From an uncultured virus (IMG/VR IMGVR_UViG_2724679563_000003) (taxonomy: Duplodnaviria; Heunggongvirae; Uroviricota; Caudoviricetes): 35,222 bases of DNA. The notes below the pieces were generated by a model, which was given only the letters and a program-made list of their open reading frames with translations, was not told where the DNA came from and made no database searches. Numbering within the stretch: position 1 is the stretch's first letter; each line of letters opens with the position of its first letter. The stretch lies in the IMG/VR virus record IMGVR_UViG_2724679563_000003, positions 124,001 to 159,222 of that record; one strand, 5' to 3'. Position numbers and translations under genes: made by a program. Below are positions 8,967 to 17,496 of this stretch, in pieces.

Positions 8967-9051
8967 TATTAACCTCCCAACTGTTTTTCATGATTCTATT
9001 CGTTTTACTTTCCATTGTTAAATTGTTTTATGTTCATATAAAATCCTCATT

Positions 9052-9684
9052 TTAACTAAAATTGATAAATTGAAATTCTTCGTTATTATTACTTTCTTCA
9101 CTATAGCTATTTATGTCTGTATCAAAATCTAATCTTTTATATGTAAACCCTATTACATCACACCAATCTATATTATGTATTTCTAAGTTATATAATAAGC
9201 AGTCATATAAATTTCTTTCAATGCCCATTACACCTATATGAACTTCCTTAATTTTAAATTTTTCAATAAACATAGCTGCTATTTTACTACATTCATTTAA
9301 ATTTTCACTTAGCTTTATAGAATAACATTTTTCTTCCATTCTATCTTTTATGCTTATATATGTATAATATCCTCGGTATTCTCTTCCTGTTGATATATCC
9401 ATTATTAATTCATTTGATTTATTATTTAGTCGTTTTACTTTTCTTTCTTCTTTTTTCAGTAATTCTTTCTTTTCCTTCTCCCATTGATTAAAATATTCTT
9501 GTTCATTTGGGTTAAGTAATTTTTTAGGACATCCACCACACTCATTCCTATTATGATTACAACCCCAACAAGGATTTTCACCTCTTTGGATCAATCCCAT
9601 TATTAATACTCCTGTTAGTTTGCATTTTGATGGTACATATCCTTGTTTAATACACAATTCTCTTAAAGTATCATTGTTCTCCAT
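9052..9684 (-). CDS. Hypothetical protein with Cys-rich N-terminus
   Basis: 210 aa; C..C..CWGC....CGGC; GAGGGG SD. Confidence 0.75.
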   Translation of the reverse strand: MENNDTLRELCIKQGYVPSKCKLTGVLIMGLIQRGENPCWGCNHNRNECGGCPKKLLNPNEQEYFNQWEKEKKELLKKEERKVKRLNNKSNELIMDISTGREYRGYYTYISIKDRMEEKCYSIKLSENLNECSKIAAMFIEKFKIKEVHIGVMGIERNLYDCLLYNLEIHNIDWCDVIGFTYKRLDFDTDINSYSEESNNNEEFQFINFS

Positions 9685-9705
9685 TTAAAATATCCCCTCT
9701 TTAAT

Positions 9706-10218
9706 TTATTTTGTATTTTTCATTAAAGTGTCAAATAATTTTTCTAATTCTTCATAAGAAGTATTGTCTAAGAATTGCATATGTTTATCCCTATCTTCTT
9801 CACTTAATTCTTTCATACTTCTTATAGCATTTTTTAATATATGTCTATAAAATTCTTTAGATTCTTCTTTTTTAAACTCTGCTTTTCTCTTATTATAATC
9901 AGCTTTAAATTCATCTGATGTATTTTTGTCTGTAATTATAAACCATTTACCTTCTCTAAATCCTCTTTCTACTACTTTATAAGAAGTTAAATTAGAATTT
10001 TTAATCTCATCATATCTTATGTATTGTCCTATTTCATCATCTTTATTTTTACCAAACAATATTTCATGTTTACTACCTTCTGTTTCTACTACGAATTTCT
10101 TTTTTAGTAAATTCCAAATTACATAATCGACATCTACTGATTCTAACTCTTTGTAATACCAAATTGGATATTCATTTCTTTCTACAAACTTCTTATTTAT
10201 TGTTTCTTCAGTATTCAT
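9706..10218 (-). CDS. Hypothetical protein
   Basis: 170 aa, AGGGG SD. Confidence 0.75.
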   Translation of the reverse strand: MNTEETINKKFVERNEYPIWYYKELESVDVDYVIWNLLKKKFVVETEGSKHEILFGKNKDDEIGQYIRYDEIKNSNLTSYKVVERGFREGKWFIITDKNTSDEFKADYNKRKAEFKKEESKEFYRHILKNAIRSMKELSEEDRDKHMQFLDNTSYEELEKLFDTLMKNTK

Positions 10219-10272
10219 CTAATCGCCCCTTTTGCATTATCATTTATTAAATTATTTTAAATTAATGAAATT

Positions 10273-10512
10273 TTAATTTTCCTTATCAATTGTCATTATG
10301 TCTAAATATTTTTTTATGTCTTCTTCTGATACCCCAATTTCACTTGCAGTTTTAAATATTTCTCTAAACATTTTTTCTGTACTATAGTCGAAGTAATCTT
10401 TGTATATTATCTCAACCTTTGATTTGTTATGTATACAATATTTACAAAAATCACTCCTTTTATCTGTTTTACAAATATCAAATTTTTCACAGTTTATTAT
10501 CATATTAATCAT
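10273..10512 (-). CDS. Small Cys-containing hypothetical protein
   Basis: 79 aa (start may be ATG 10503); CxxxxxC...CKYC. Confidence 0.65.
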   Translation of the reverse strand: MINMIINCEKFDICKTDKRSDFCKYCIHNKSKVEIIYKDYFDYSTEKMFREIFKTASEIGVSEEDIKKYLDIMTIDKEN

Positions 10513-10798
10513 CTTCCTTTTTAAAATAATTTACTATCCCTTTAATTAGCAATAATAAATTTAAAATAGGTGTCATATATACTAAAAATATAAAAAAGTA
10601 ACCTATTAATGGATTAGACATACTAGTATTTATTAATCCATTAACAAAATTGGTCAACTTTTCATTATTCAGTTCCTCTAAACTTTCTTGTATTGAGTTA
10701 AAAGCTTCAAATGGGTCTATGTTTTGATTCATATTATTTATTTTATTTATTATAAAAGCCATTGCTCCTATTACAATATTTAAAGTAAGTAAACTCAT
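10505..10798 (-). CDS. Hypothetical membrane protein
   Basis: Two hydrophobic segments; AGGGGTG SD. Confidence 0.65.
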   Translation of the reverse strand: MSLLTLNIVIGAMAFIINKINNMNQNIDPFEAFNSIQESLEELNNEKLTNFVNGLINTSMSNPLIGYFFIFLVYMTPILNLLLLIKGIVNYFKKEDD

Positions 10799-10879
10799 AT
10801 TCTCACCCCTTTAAAACATCACTTTTGACATTTATTATACATTAAAATCTCATTTTAATAAAATAATGGTTTTAACCTG

Positions 10880-11314
10880 TTACTTTTTCTTTTTATGTCT
10901 TTCTATCTGTGCTTTACTTATTCTTTCATATGCACACTTCGGACAGCGAGTGCCTCGAAGGAAATTATCTGGAACTACATCCCACTCATCATAGCCACAT
11001 ATATTATGTTTCATTCTTATCTTTTCATTGCTTTTTTTATATTTGCCAATTACAGTATATTCATCACCAACCAATTCATGAACTTCCTCTACAAACTTTT
11101 GGTGTGATTTTTTCCCACCTCTATGGCATTTAGGACAGCGAGTTGATTGTAAAAACTTGTTAGGGATTACATCCCATTCATGTTCGCATTTATTATGTTT
11201 CATTGTTATTTTTATATCACCTTTTATATACTTACCAAGTACACTATATTCGTCACCTACTAAATCATAAACTTCCTTTTGAAATTGTTCTTGTGTTTTA
11301 CATGTTTTCATCAA
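10880..11314 (-). CDS. Tandem zinc-ribbon (DUF723/CapR-like) repeat protein, no nuclease domain
   Basis: Two ~65 aa repeats K(T/S).E.F..EV..LVGDEY.V.GKY.....KI.MKHN.C..EWDV.P..FL..TRCPKC. Confidence 0.7.
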   Translation of the reverse strand: MMKTCKTQEQFQKEVYDLVGDEYSVLGKYIKGDIKITMKHNKCEHEWDVIPNKFLQSTRCPKCHRGGKKSHQKFVEEVHELVGDEYTVIGKYKKSNEKIRMKHNICGYDEWDVVPDNFLRGTRCPKCAYERISKAQIERHKKKK

Positions 11315-11385
11315 TTAAGCCTGCTTTCTATTTTGATATATTTTAATTATAAAACACAGTTATTTTTTATACTATATACATTTCA

Positions 11386-11928
11386 TTATTTAAGATGAAA
11401 TAACTTTAGCAATTTATTTTTAATTTTCTTATTCTCTTTTTCTTCTAATAATTGTTGTAATTCAATTTCTAATTCTTTATATTTCTCTTTGTATTTTTGT
11501 TCAGCTTTTTCTATAGTTTTATCAAAATATTCTTTATCATTATTTATAAATTCAATAGTATCATTGGTATAATAAATAATATTCCCATTCTCATAACTTA
11601 CTTTATCAATAGTAATTTTATTATTTTTATTAATTTGTATTTCATCGCCTTTGAATAACTGAATAGGAATCTCTATATCTAACCTATGTAAAACATATTC
11701 ATGATATATCTTACAAGTAGGTACTATATAATATATATTATCACCAAATTTACCACTTGCTTTTATATTGTATTTCATTTTATCTATTTTATATTTTAAA
11801 TATTTTATTCTTTTATCATCGTATGTTTTACAAGAATAAGGACATGTATCAAATTCTCTCTTTATTTTATTATCTAAAATACGTGGATCAAATACAACTG
11901 TATCTTTAATCCCTTTGACAATAATCAT
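11386..11928 (-). CDS. Hypothetical protein with C-terminal coiled coil
   Basis: 180 aa ORF, AAGGAG upstream. Confidence 0.7.
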   Translation of the reverse strand: MIIVKGIKDTVVFDPRILDNKIKREFDTCPYSCKTYDDKRIKYLKYKIDKMKYNIKASGKFGDNIYYIVPTCKIYHEYVLHRLDIEIPIQLFKGDEIQINKNNKITIDKVSYENGNIIYYTNDTIEFINNDKEYFDKTIEKAEQKYKEKYKELEIELQQLLEEKENKKIKNKLLKLFHLK

Positions 11929-12253
11929 ATTTTATCTTCTCCTTATACCATTTAACTATATCTGTATCGTTCCTCCTATTAAACCAAGCTCTTAATACGT
12001 AAATATTATCTTTCATATGATAATAATCTACATATACACCTTCTTTATCTTTTTGAAAATCTATATCATATTCCCAACCATTTTCTTTCATTTCTTTAAT
12101 ATGTTTATCTCTGTCATCTTCTGTATTATATAAATAAACTATTTCTTCATCTCCAAATACATCCACATTATTTCTATAAAGAATTTTTCCTTTCTCTTTT
12201 AAATAGTTAACAATAATTTTAGCTGATTCTAAATTTACCATATTGAAACACAA
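11906..12253 (-). CDS. Hypothetical protein
   Basis: 115 aa ORF (true start may be ATG 12241). Confidence 0.65.
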   Translation of the reverse strand: MCFNMVNLESAKIIVNYLKEKGKILYRNNVDVFGDEEIVYLYNTEDDRDKHIKEMKENGWEYDIDFQKDKEGVYVDYYHMKDNIYVLRAWFNRRNDTDIVKWYKEKIKYDYCQRD

Positions 12254-12319
12254 CCTTTTAAATTATTTTATATTTTTTATTCAATTAATTGCTCATGTTT
12301 TCTTATTCTCTATCATCTA

Positions 12320-12625
12320 TCAATCTTTATCCCAATTTATAGTATATTCATTAACTTCAAAAGCAAATTTCCCATTTGTTTTAAGTAGAATTTCTTTTAA
12401 AGTCAAATCTTCATATTCTCCATTTCCACAACCATTACTTATATCCGAACTTTCAAATTTATCTGTTAATATATCATCAATAAATTTAAAATCTAACCAT
12501 TCCCAACCACAAGGATGTCCATTTTCTACTGGTACTGCTATTCCTTCACCAAAAACCTCATTCGCACAACTATAGATATCTAATATTGTTATATTATCAT
12601 TAAAATCTAATTCATTTCTTTTCAA
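12320..12625 (-). CDS. Hypothetical phage protein
   Basis: TTG start behind GGGAG SD; acidic 101 aa. Confidence 0.7.
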   Translation of the reverse strand: MKRNELDFNDNITILDIYSCANEVFGEGIAVPVENGHPCGWEWLDFKFIDDILTDKFESSDISNGCGNGEYEDLTLKEILLKTNGKFAFEVNEYTINWDKD

Positions 12626-12661
12626 TTTTACTCCCTTCTTTCACTTTTTCTTAAATTCAAA

Positions 12662-12931
12662 TTATATATAATTTAATATTCTTTTTAAATCTTTTTTCAT
12701 CTGATTTAAATATTCTTCATCTTTGCACTCTTTTTCTTTATTATGTCCGCTCATAACATATTCTTCTGTATACTTTAAAATAGCTTCTCCATTTAAACCT
12801 TCTGTGGCTCTTATTCTATATATAGTAAATCCCATAAACTCATCAATATTAAATGGACTCCAAACTAATCCATTCTTGTCTTTGTTGAATTCTTTTATAT
12901 TTTTTAATTCTTTGTATTGTATTTTTTTCAT
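12662..12931 (-). CDS. Hypothetical protein
   Basis: 89 aa, AAGGAG SD. Confidence 0.7.
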   Translation of the reverse strand: MKKIQYKELKNIKEFNKDKNGLVWSPFNIDEFMGFTIYRIRATEGLNGEAILKYTEEYVMSGHNKEKECKDEEYLNQMKKDLKRILNYI

Positions 12932-12975
12932 AATGATTCTCCTTAATTTTATTATCTATCTATTTATATTACAAA

Positions 12976-13284
12976 TTAACAAATTTCATATCTATAAAGA
13001 TTCTCTTTTAAATACTTATTAAAAAATTCTATGCTACAAATATGAACACACCAATCACAATAGATTATATATTTATTTTCACATTGTTCTTTTAAATATT
13101 CTTTAGCTTGTATTATAAATGCTTTTTGCATTTTTCCTATATCATTATGTGAAAAATCATCTTCCCAATCATAATCACGTAAAAAATTATTGGCTTTATT
13201 ATTTAATAATTTTTTATCTCTAACCATTTCTTTTAATTTGTCCATTTCATCTTCTATAATATCTTCAAACATAATCATAGTCAC
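12976..13284 (-). CDS. Hypothetical protein
   Basis: ~100 aa, GGAGGTG SD (start probably a downstream ATG). Confidence 0.7.
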   Translation of the reverse strand: MTMIMFEDIIEDEMDKLKEMVRDKKLLNNKANNFLRDYDWEDDFSHNDIGKMQKAFIIQAKEYLKEQCENKYIIYCDWCVHICSIEFFNKYLKENLYRYEIC

Positions 13285-13331
13285 CTCCCTACATATTAAT
13301 TTTAATAAAACAAGTGTTTTAAATTATTTTA

Positions 13332-13817
13332 CTATGGATTTTCTTTTTCTAAATACAATTGATAAATAACATCATTTTCTTCATCAATTTCTGAGTATTT
13401 AATTGTATAAAAATCTAAAATATTAACTTTATCAATTGTATTATCATATAAATCATTATCCATATGTTTCTCAATATTTTTAACAGTATCTTTCATATAA
13501 TGTTTAGCTACCTCAAATGCAAACAATTTAGCTACAAAAACTTTATAATATTCATTTAAGCCACATTCATGATAATAACAATCTGTATCTTGGAAAAGAT
13601 AGTCTTGCCCATTATACCCAAAATGGCTACAGCCATCCCATTTAATTGAACAAGTAGCTAAAAAATCTTCTTCTCCAACTTCATTTGTAGATACATTCCA
13701 TGATGTTGTTAATGTTATAAATCCACCAAAACTATGTGTCCAATCATGCACTTGTCTTACTATTGCTATTGGATAGCCTCTTTTATCAATCAATTCTGCT
13801 TTTATCATAAGCAACAC
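13332..13817 (-). CDS. Hypothetical phage protein (IKWDGCSH...YYHECG motif)
   Basis: 161 aa ORF with SD. Confidence 0.7.
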   Translation of the reverse strand: MLLMIKAELIDKRGYPIAIVRQVHDWTHSFGGFITLTTSWNVSTNEVGEEDFLATCSIKWDGCSHFGYNGQDYLFQDTDCYYHECGLNEYYKVFVAKLFAFEVAKHYMKDTVKNIEKHMDNDLYDNTIDKVNILDFYTIKYSEIDEENDVIYQLYLEKENP

Positions 13818-13828
13818 CTTCCTTTAAC

Positions 13829-13978
13829 TTATTTTACAATCTCAAAATAACTTTCAAATAATGTATATTGTTCATCATTATCATCTTTTAAACAAACGCA
13901 TTCTCCTGCACAGCCCAGTAATTCATATGTTCTGCCCACTGTAAATCCTTTGACCTCTTTAATACATTTTAATTTCAT
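13829..13978 (-). CDS. Small SH3-like hypothetical protein (49 aa)
   Basis: Not in track; GAGGAG SD; MKLKCIKEVKGFTVGRTYEL...DDNDE....YFE. Confidence 0.7.
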   Translation of the reverse strand: MKLKCIKEVKGFTVGRTYELLGCAGECVCLKDDNDEQYTLFESYFEIVK

Positions 13979-13995
13979 CTTTATCTCCTCTTAAA

Positions 13996-14220
13996 CTATT
14001 TATCATATACTGTCTTATAACAATCAAATGTAATTCCCTCATCATTTGTTTTCTTTAAACAACATTCTTCATTATCTAATAGACATATATTATTTTTATA
14101 ATGCTCACAATAAATTGCTTTGTTATCTGATAATTTTATTTTTCTATTGGTGCTTAAATTCTCAATTTTGTTTTTCTTAACTTTTTTTAATATCTGATTT
14201 AATATTTTAATGATTATCAT
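13996..14220 (-). CDS. Small Cys-containing hypothetical protein
   Basis: AAGGAG at 14221-14226 suggests a start near 14220 rather than 14259; CEHY....CLL....CC...C. Confidence 0.55.
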   Translation of the reverse strand: MIIIKILNQILKKVKKNKIENLSTNRKIKLSDNKAIYCEHYKNNICLLDNEECCLKKTNDEGITFDCYKTVYDK

Positions 14221-14230
14221 CTCCTTAACT

Positions 14231-14332
14231 TTATTTGCAAAATACTTTTGCTGCCACACCTATAATTAATAATAACATAGCTAAAGGTGGATAGATGAAT
14301 AATAATATTAAAAATAATACAAACTAAAACAT
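14231..14332 (-). pseudogene. Tiny membrane-peptide gene with in-frame TAG at codon 3
   Basis: AAAGGAGA SD, then ATG TTT TAG followed by FVLFLILLFIYPPLAMLLLIIGVAAKVFCK and TAA. Confidence 0.5.
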
Positions 14333-14467
14333 TATTAATTTCTCCTTTCGTTTTCTTATGTAAATTTTTATGTTTCAATAATAATTTTATATTACTTATT
14401 CACCTATTAGTCTTAATAAAATTCAAAATTTATATCATTTTTATATATTCAAATATTTATTATTTGT

Positions 14468-15691
14468 TTATTTTGAAGCTTTAAAATTATATATTGGTTT
14501 AATAATATCTATAATATCAACAGTTTCTTTTATATTTTCTATAATTTCCTCTATGTTTTTATAAACCATAGGAGATTCATCTATTGTGTCTTGATTAACT
14601 GACGTTGAATATATCCCTTCCATTGATTTTTTATATTCTTCCATTGACACTAATTCTTTAGCCTTATTTCTACTCATTAACCTTCCTGCTCCATGAGGTG
14701 CTGAATAGTTCCATTCTTTATTCCCTTTTCCTACAGCTAAAATACTACCATCTCTCATATTAATAGGTATTAATATTTTCTCGTTCTTATAAGCTGAGAT
14801 ACTACCTTTACGAATTATATTGTCTTTAAAATTAATATAATTATGAACTGTTTCAAAGTGATTAAAGTTGTTTAATCTTTGGTTAAATAATTTATTTAAA
14901 ATAATATCAGCCATAGTTTTTCTATTTAAAGAAGCATATTCTTGACATATTTTCATGTCGTGTAGATACTTATCTCTAAACTCTCCTTTTAAATAACACA
15001 ATTCTTTTTTATATTGAGCTGTTGAAGTAGTATATTTATCTTTTAATTTTTTTAATTCATCTTGAATCAAATGCTTTTTCCCATTGATTTTATATTCTTT
15101 TATTATTCTATCTTTTTCTTTATAATAATCTTCTTTACCGCTACACATATCTATTGCTATATTTTGATAATATTCTGCTACTTGTTTGCCTAAATTTCTA
15201 CTTCCAGAATGAATTACTAAATATGAATTATTATTTTTATCTTTATTTACTTCAATAAAGTGATTTCCTCCTCCAAGTGTACCAATACTTTTTTCTAACC
15301 TTCTTGTATCTTTTAGATTTCTATAACAATATAAGTTTTGTAATTTTGAAAACTTTATTTTTCTTTCTTGATGTACTTCCATCCCTGAAGGAATATACTT
15401 ATAAATAATATCATCTAGTTCTTTTAAATTTATATTTATGTTTTCTAATTCTACTGTTAGCATTCCACATCCAATATCAACACCAACAATATTTGGAATT
15501 ACTTTATTCCCCAAATCTGCTGTAAACCCTATCACACAGCCTTTCCCACTATGGCAATCAGGCATTATTCTTATCTTACTATCTTTTGTGAAATCTTGAT
15601 TACATAATTCTAAAATTTGCTCTTTAGCACTTTCTTCAATATTATTTGTATATATATTAGCTTTTGAATATCTTCCTTGTATTATTTGCAT
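14468..15691 (-). CDS. rtcB: RtcB-family RNA 3'-phosphate/5'-OH ligase
   Basis: MPDCHSGKGCVIG, VGVDIGCG, GTLGGGNHFIE, IHSGSR, HNY, IIRKG, APHGAGR, DESPMVYK: full RtcB motif set. Confidence 0.95.
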   Translation of the reverse strand: MQIIQGRYSKANIYTNNIEESAKEQILELCNQDFTKDSKIRIMPDCHSGKGCVIGFTADLGNKVIPNIVGVDIGCGMLTVELENININLKELDDIIYKYIPSGMEVHQERKIKFSKLQNLYCYRNLKDTRRLEKSIGTLGGGNHFIEVNKDKNNNSYLVIHSGSRNLGKQVAEYYQNIAIDMCSGKEDYYKEKDRIIKEYKINGKKHLIQDELKKLKDKYTTSTAQYKKELCYLKGEFRDKYLHDMKICQEYASLNRKTMADIILNKLFNQRLNNFNHFETVHNYINFKDNIIRKGSISAYKNEKILIPINMRDGSILAVGKGNKEWNYSAPHGAGRLMSRNKAKELVSMEEYKKSMEGIYSTSVNQDTIDESPMVYKNIEEIIENIKETVDIIDIIKPIYNFKASK

Positions 15692-15715
15692 TTTATCACC
15701 CCTCTTACAATTTAT

Positions 15716-15744
15716 ACTTTATCAAATTATTTTATATTAGTCAA
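15716..15744 (-). promoter_or_regulatory. Sigma-A promoter of rtcB
   Basis: TTGACT (15739-44), 17 bp, TG-n-TAAAGT (15716-21); operator box 15724-34 in the spacer. Confidence 0.6.
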
Positions 15745-15766
15745 GTATAAAATGTAAATAAAAGAA

Positions 15767-16045
15767 CTATTTTACATGATAGTCTTTAACAAAAGCTGTG
15801 ATTAAATCACATTGTTTTTCTACAGTTTTTAAAAATACATCTTTATCCCTTATCCATTTATCTAATTCCTGTTGTTTTACTGGAATAGGATTCTGTATTA
15901 TATTCATTAGATCACACATCGTTTGACTTGTAGTTAGAACTGATTCTGCTAAAGATACCCTTATGTTATTTATCTGTTCATACTCCCCTCCATACAATTC
16001 CTTCATATCTTTCGTTATATCATATCCATATTCATGTTTACTCAT
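15767..16045 (-). CDS. Hypothetical protein
   Basis: 92 aa, GGAGG SD. Confidence 0.7.
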   Translation of the reverse strand: MSKHEYGYDITKDMKELYGGEYEQINNIRVSLAESVLTTSQTMCDLMNIIQNPIPVKQQELDKWIRDKDVFLKTVEKQCDLITAFVKDYHVK

Positions 16046-16070
16046 TTATATATCCTCCTATTTTACTAAA

Positions 16071-16616
16071 TTATTTTATTTCCCTCATTTCTACTACACT
16101 AACCATTGGTATAATTTCTAAAGCTCCATTCTCATTTTCTAAAAAGAATCTACCTGTAAATGGATTATCATAATTAATTAGAGTACCCTTTATACAATTA
16201 ACTTGTCCTAAGCCATTTATAGCATTTTTATATTTTCCACCTTTATAATAAACTATTTCATACTTTTTATTACAAAATGGTAAATCATTTTCTTCCTTCT
16301 TTTTATTATATGTATTGTCATCTAATATTTTATTAATATTATTTCTTACAACAATTAACTCATCTTCTTTTAAATCCATTTGTGCCATTTTATATTTTTT
16401 TACCTCTTTATTATCTCCGTCTTGTCTAATTGAAATAGTAAAACGTCTATCTTTGTTTGAATTATTGCTATTTAATTTTGATTCGTGCAAAAATAAATTT
16501 TGCTTTTTATAGTTAAAATATTCTTTAGTTAAAAGATTAAAACTTATATAAAGACCTTCTTTACTAAAAGCAACTGATGGCTTTCCATTCTCTTTTATTT
16601 TATAATTAACTTCCAT
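16071..16616 (-). CDS. Hypothetical protein
   Basis: 181 aa, GGAGG SD. Confidence 0.75.
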   Translation of the reverse strand: MEVNYKIKENGKPSVAFSKEGLYISFNLLTKEYFNYKKQNLFLHESKLNSNNSNKDRRFTISIRQDGDNKEVKKYKMAQMDLKEDELIVVRNNINKILDDNTYNKKKEENDLPFCNKKYEIVYYKGGKYKNAINGLGQVNCIKGTLINYDNPFTGRFFLENENGALEIIPMVSVVEMREIK

Positions 16617-16656
16617 TTAATGTTCCTCCTTATATTATTATAAAAACAAAATTTTA

Positions 16657-16833
16657 TTAAAATATTTGGCGAATCTTCCAAATGCAAATTAATGCTATAC
16701 AATATAAAATAGCTGTTAAAAGAAATCTATATCTTACTTGTTTTACTGTTTTGTCTCCTATTGATGATATAAAAGTTATAAATACAAAGCTTAAAATTCC
16801 TATTATCATATCTATAATATTTGTTAAATTCAT
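16657..16833 (-). CDS. Small two-helix membrane protein (58 aa)
   Basis: Not in track; AAAGGA SD; MNLTNIIDMIIGILSFVFITFISS...FLLTAILYCIALICIW. Confidence 0.6.
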   Translation of the reverse strand: MNLTNIIDMIIGILSFVFITFISSIGDKTVKQVRYRFLLTAILYCIALICIWKIRQIF

Positions 16834-16863
16834 TTAATTTTTCCTTTCTTTATGTTTATTAAA

Positions 16864-16938
16864 TTATTTTACAACTGACCTCCCATAAAATAAGCCTATA
16901 AAAAATCCAATTAACAAAACAAATATGTATTTATACAA
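16864..16938 (-). CDS. Possible 24-aa single-TM peptide
   Basis: GAGGTG SD, TTG start, MYKYIFVLLIGFFIGLFYGRSVVK. Confidence 0.4.
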   Translation of the reverse strand: MYKYIFVLLIGFFIGLFYGRSVVK

Positions 16939-16953
16939 AGATTATATCACCTC

Positions 16954-16981
16954 TCTTCACTTAATTTTTGAATTGTTACTT
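16954..16981. repeat. 28-bp dif-like site S6
   Basis: TCTTCACTTAA-TTTTTG-AATTGTTACTT; overlaps stop codon 16980-16982 in the S1/S3/S4 register. Confidence 0.45.
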
Positions 16982-17327
16982 ATGGTGTTTCTATTCTTAC
17001 GCAGATACATTTCACCCAACCATATTCAGCAACTTCTTTTTCCGATGCTTTTGCCACTTCTTCATCTGTCATGTTTTCATCCCAATCACCATTATCCATT
17101 GCATCTTCAATAAGTTGTTCTGCATCTTCAGACCTGAAATATATCCTTTCCTCATCACACCAATATTCATCAACTTTAGCTTCTCCCCATGAACCTAGCC
17201 ATGAACAATAATCATCACTTGCACAAACCTCATAATTCACCATAGGCACTATTTCTAATTCATGATTTTCATTTATTAAATTTATAAGAGTTTTAATGTT
17301 TGCTTGTTGATTTTCTATTTTTTTCAT
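16980..17327 (-). CDS. Acidic hypothetical phage protein
   Basis: 115 aa, GGAGGG SD; LINENHELEIVPMVNYEVCASDD..SWLGSWG. Confidence 0.8.
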   Translation of the reverse strand: MKKIENQQANIKTLINLINENHELEIVPMVNYEVCASDDYCSWLGSWGEAKVDEYWCDEERIYFRSEDAEQLIEDAMDNGDWDENMTDEEVAKASEKEVAEYGWVKCICVRIETP

Positions 17328-17347
17328 ATACTTATTCCCTCCAATTT

Positions 17348-17375
17348 AATTCGCCTTAAATTCATATTATCCCCT
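17348..17375. repeat. 28-bp dif-like site S7
   Basis: AATTCGCCTTA-AATTCA-TATTATCCCCT; immediately upstream of the SD of 16980..17327. Confidence 0.4.
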
Positions 17376-17456
17376 TATAGAATTATTAAATTATTTTAAA
17401 TTGCTTTAAAAGTATTATTTTATTCATACTTCTTTCTAAATATTTCCTATAATCTT

Positions 17457-17485
17457 ATGATACTACCTTATTATTATTTTGTCAA
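17457..17485 (-). promoter_or_regulatory. Sigma-A promoter
   Basis: TTGACA (17480-85), 17 bp, TATCAT (17457-62); operator box 17484-94 overlaps the -35. Confidence 0.7.
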
Positions 17486-17496
17486 ATTATTTTATA

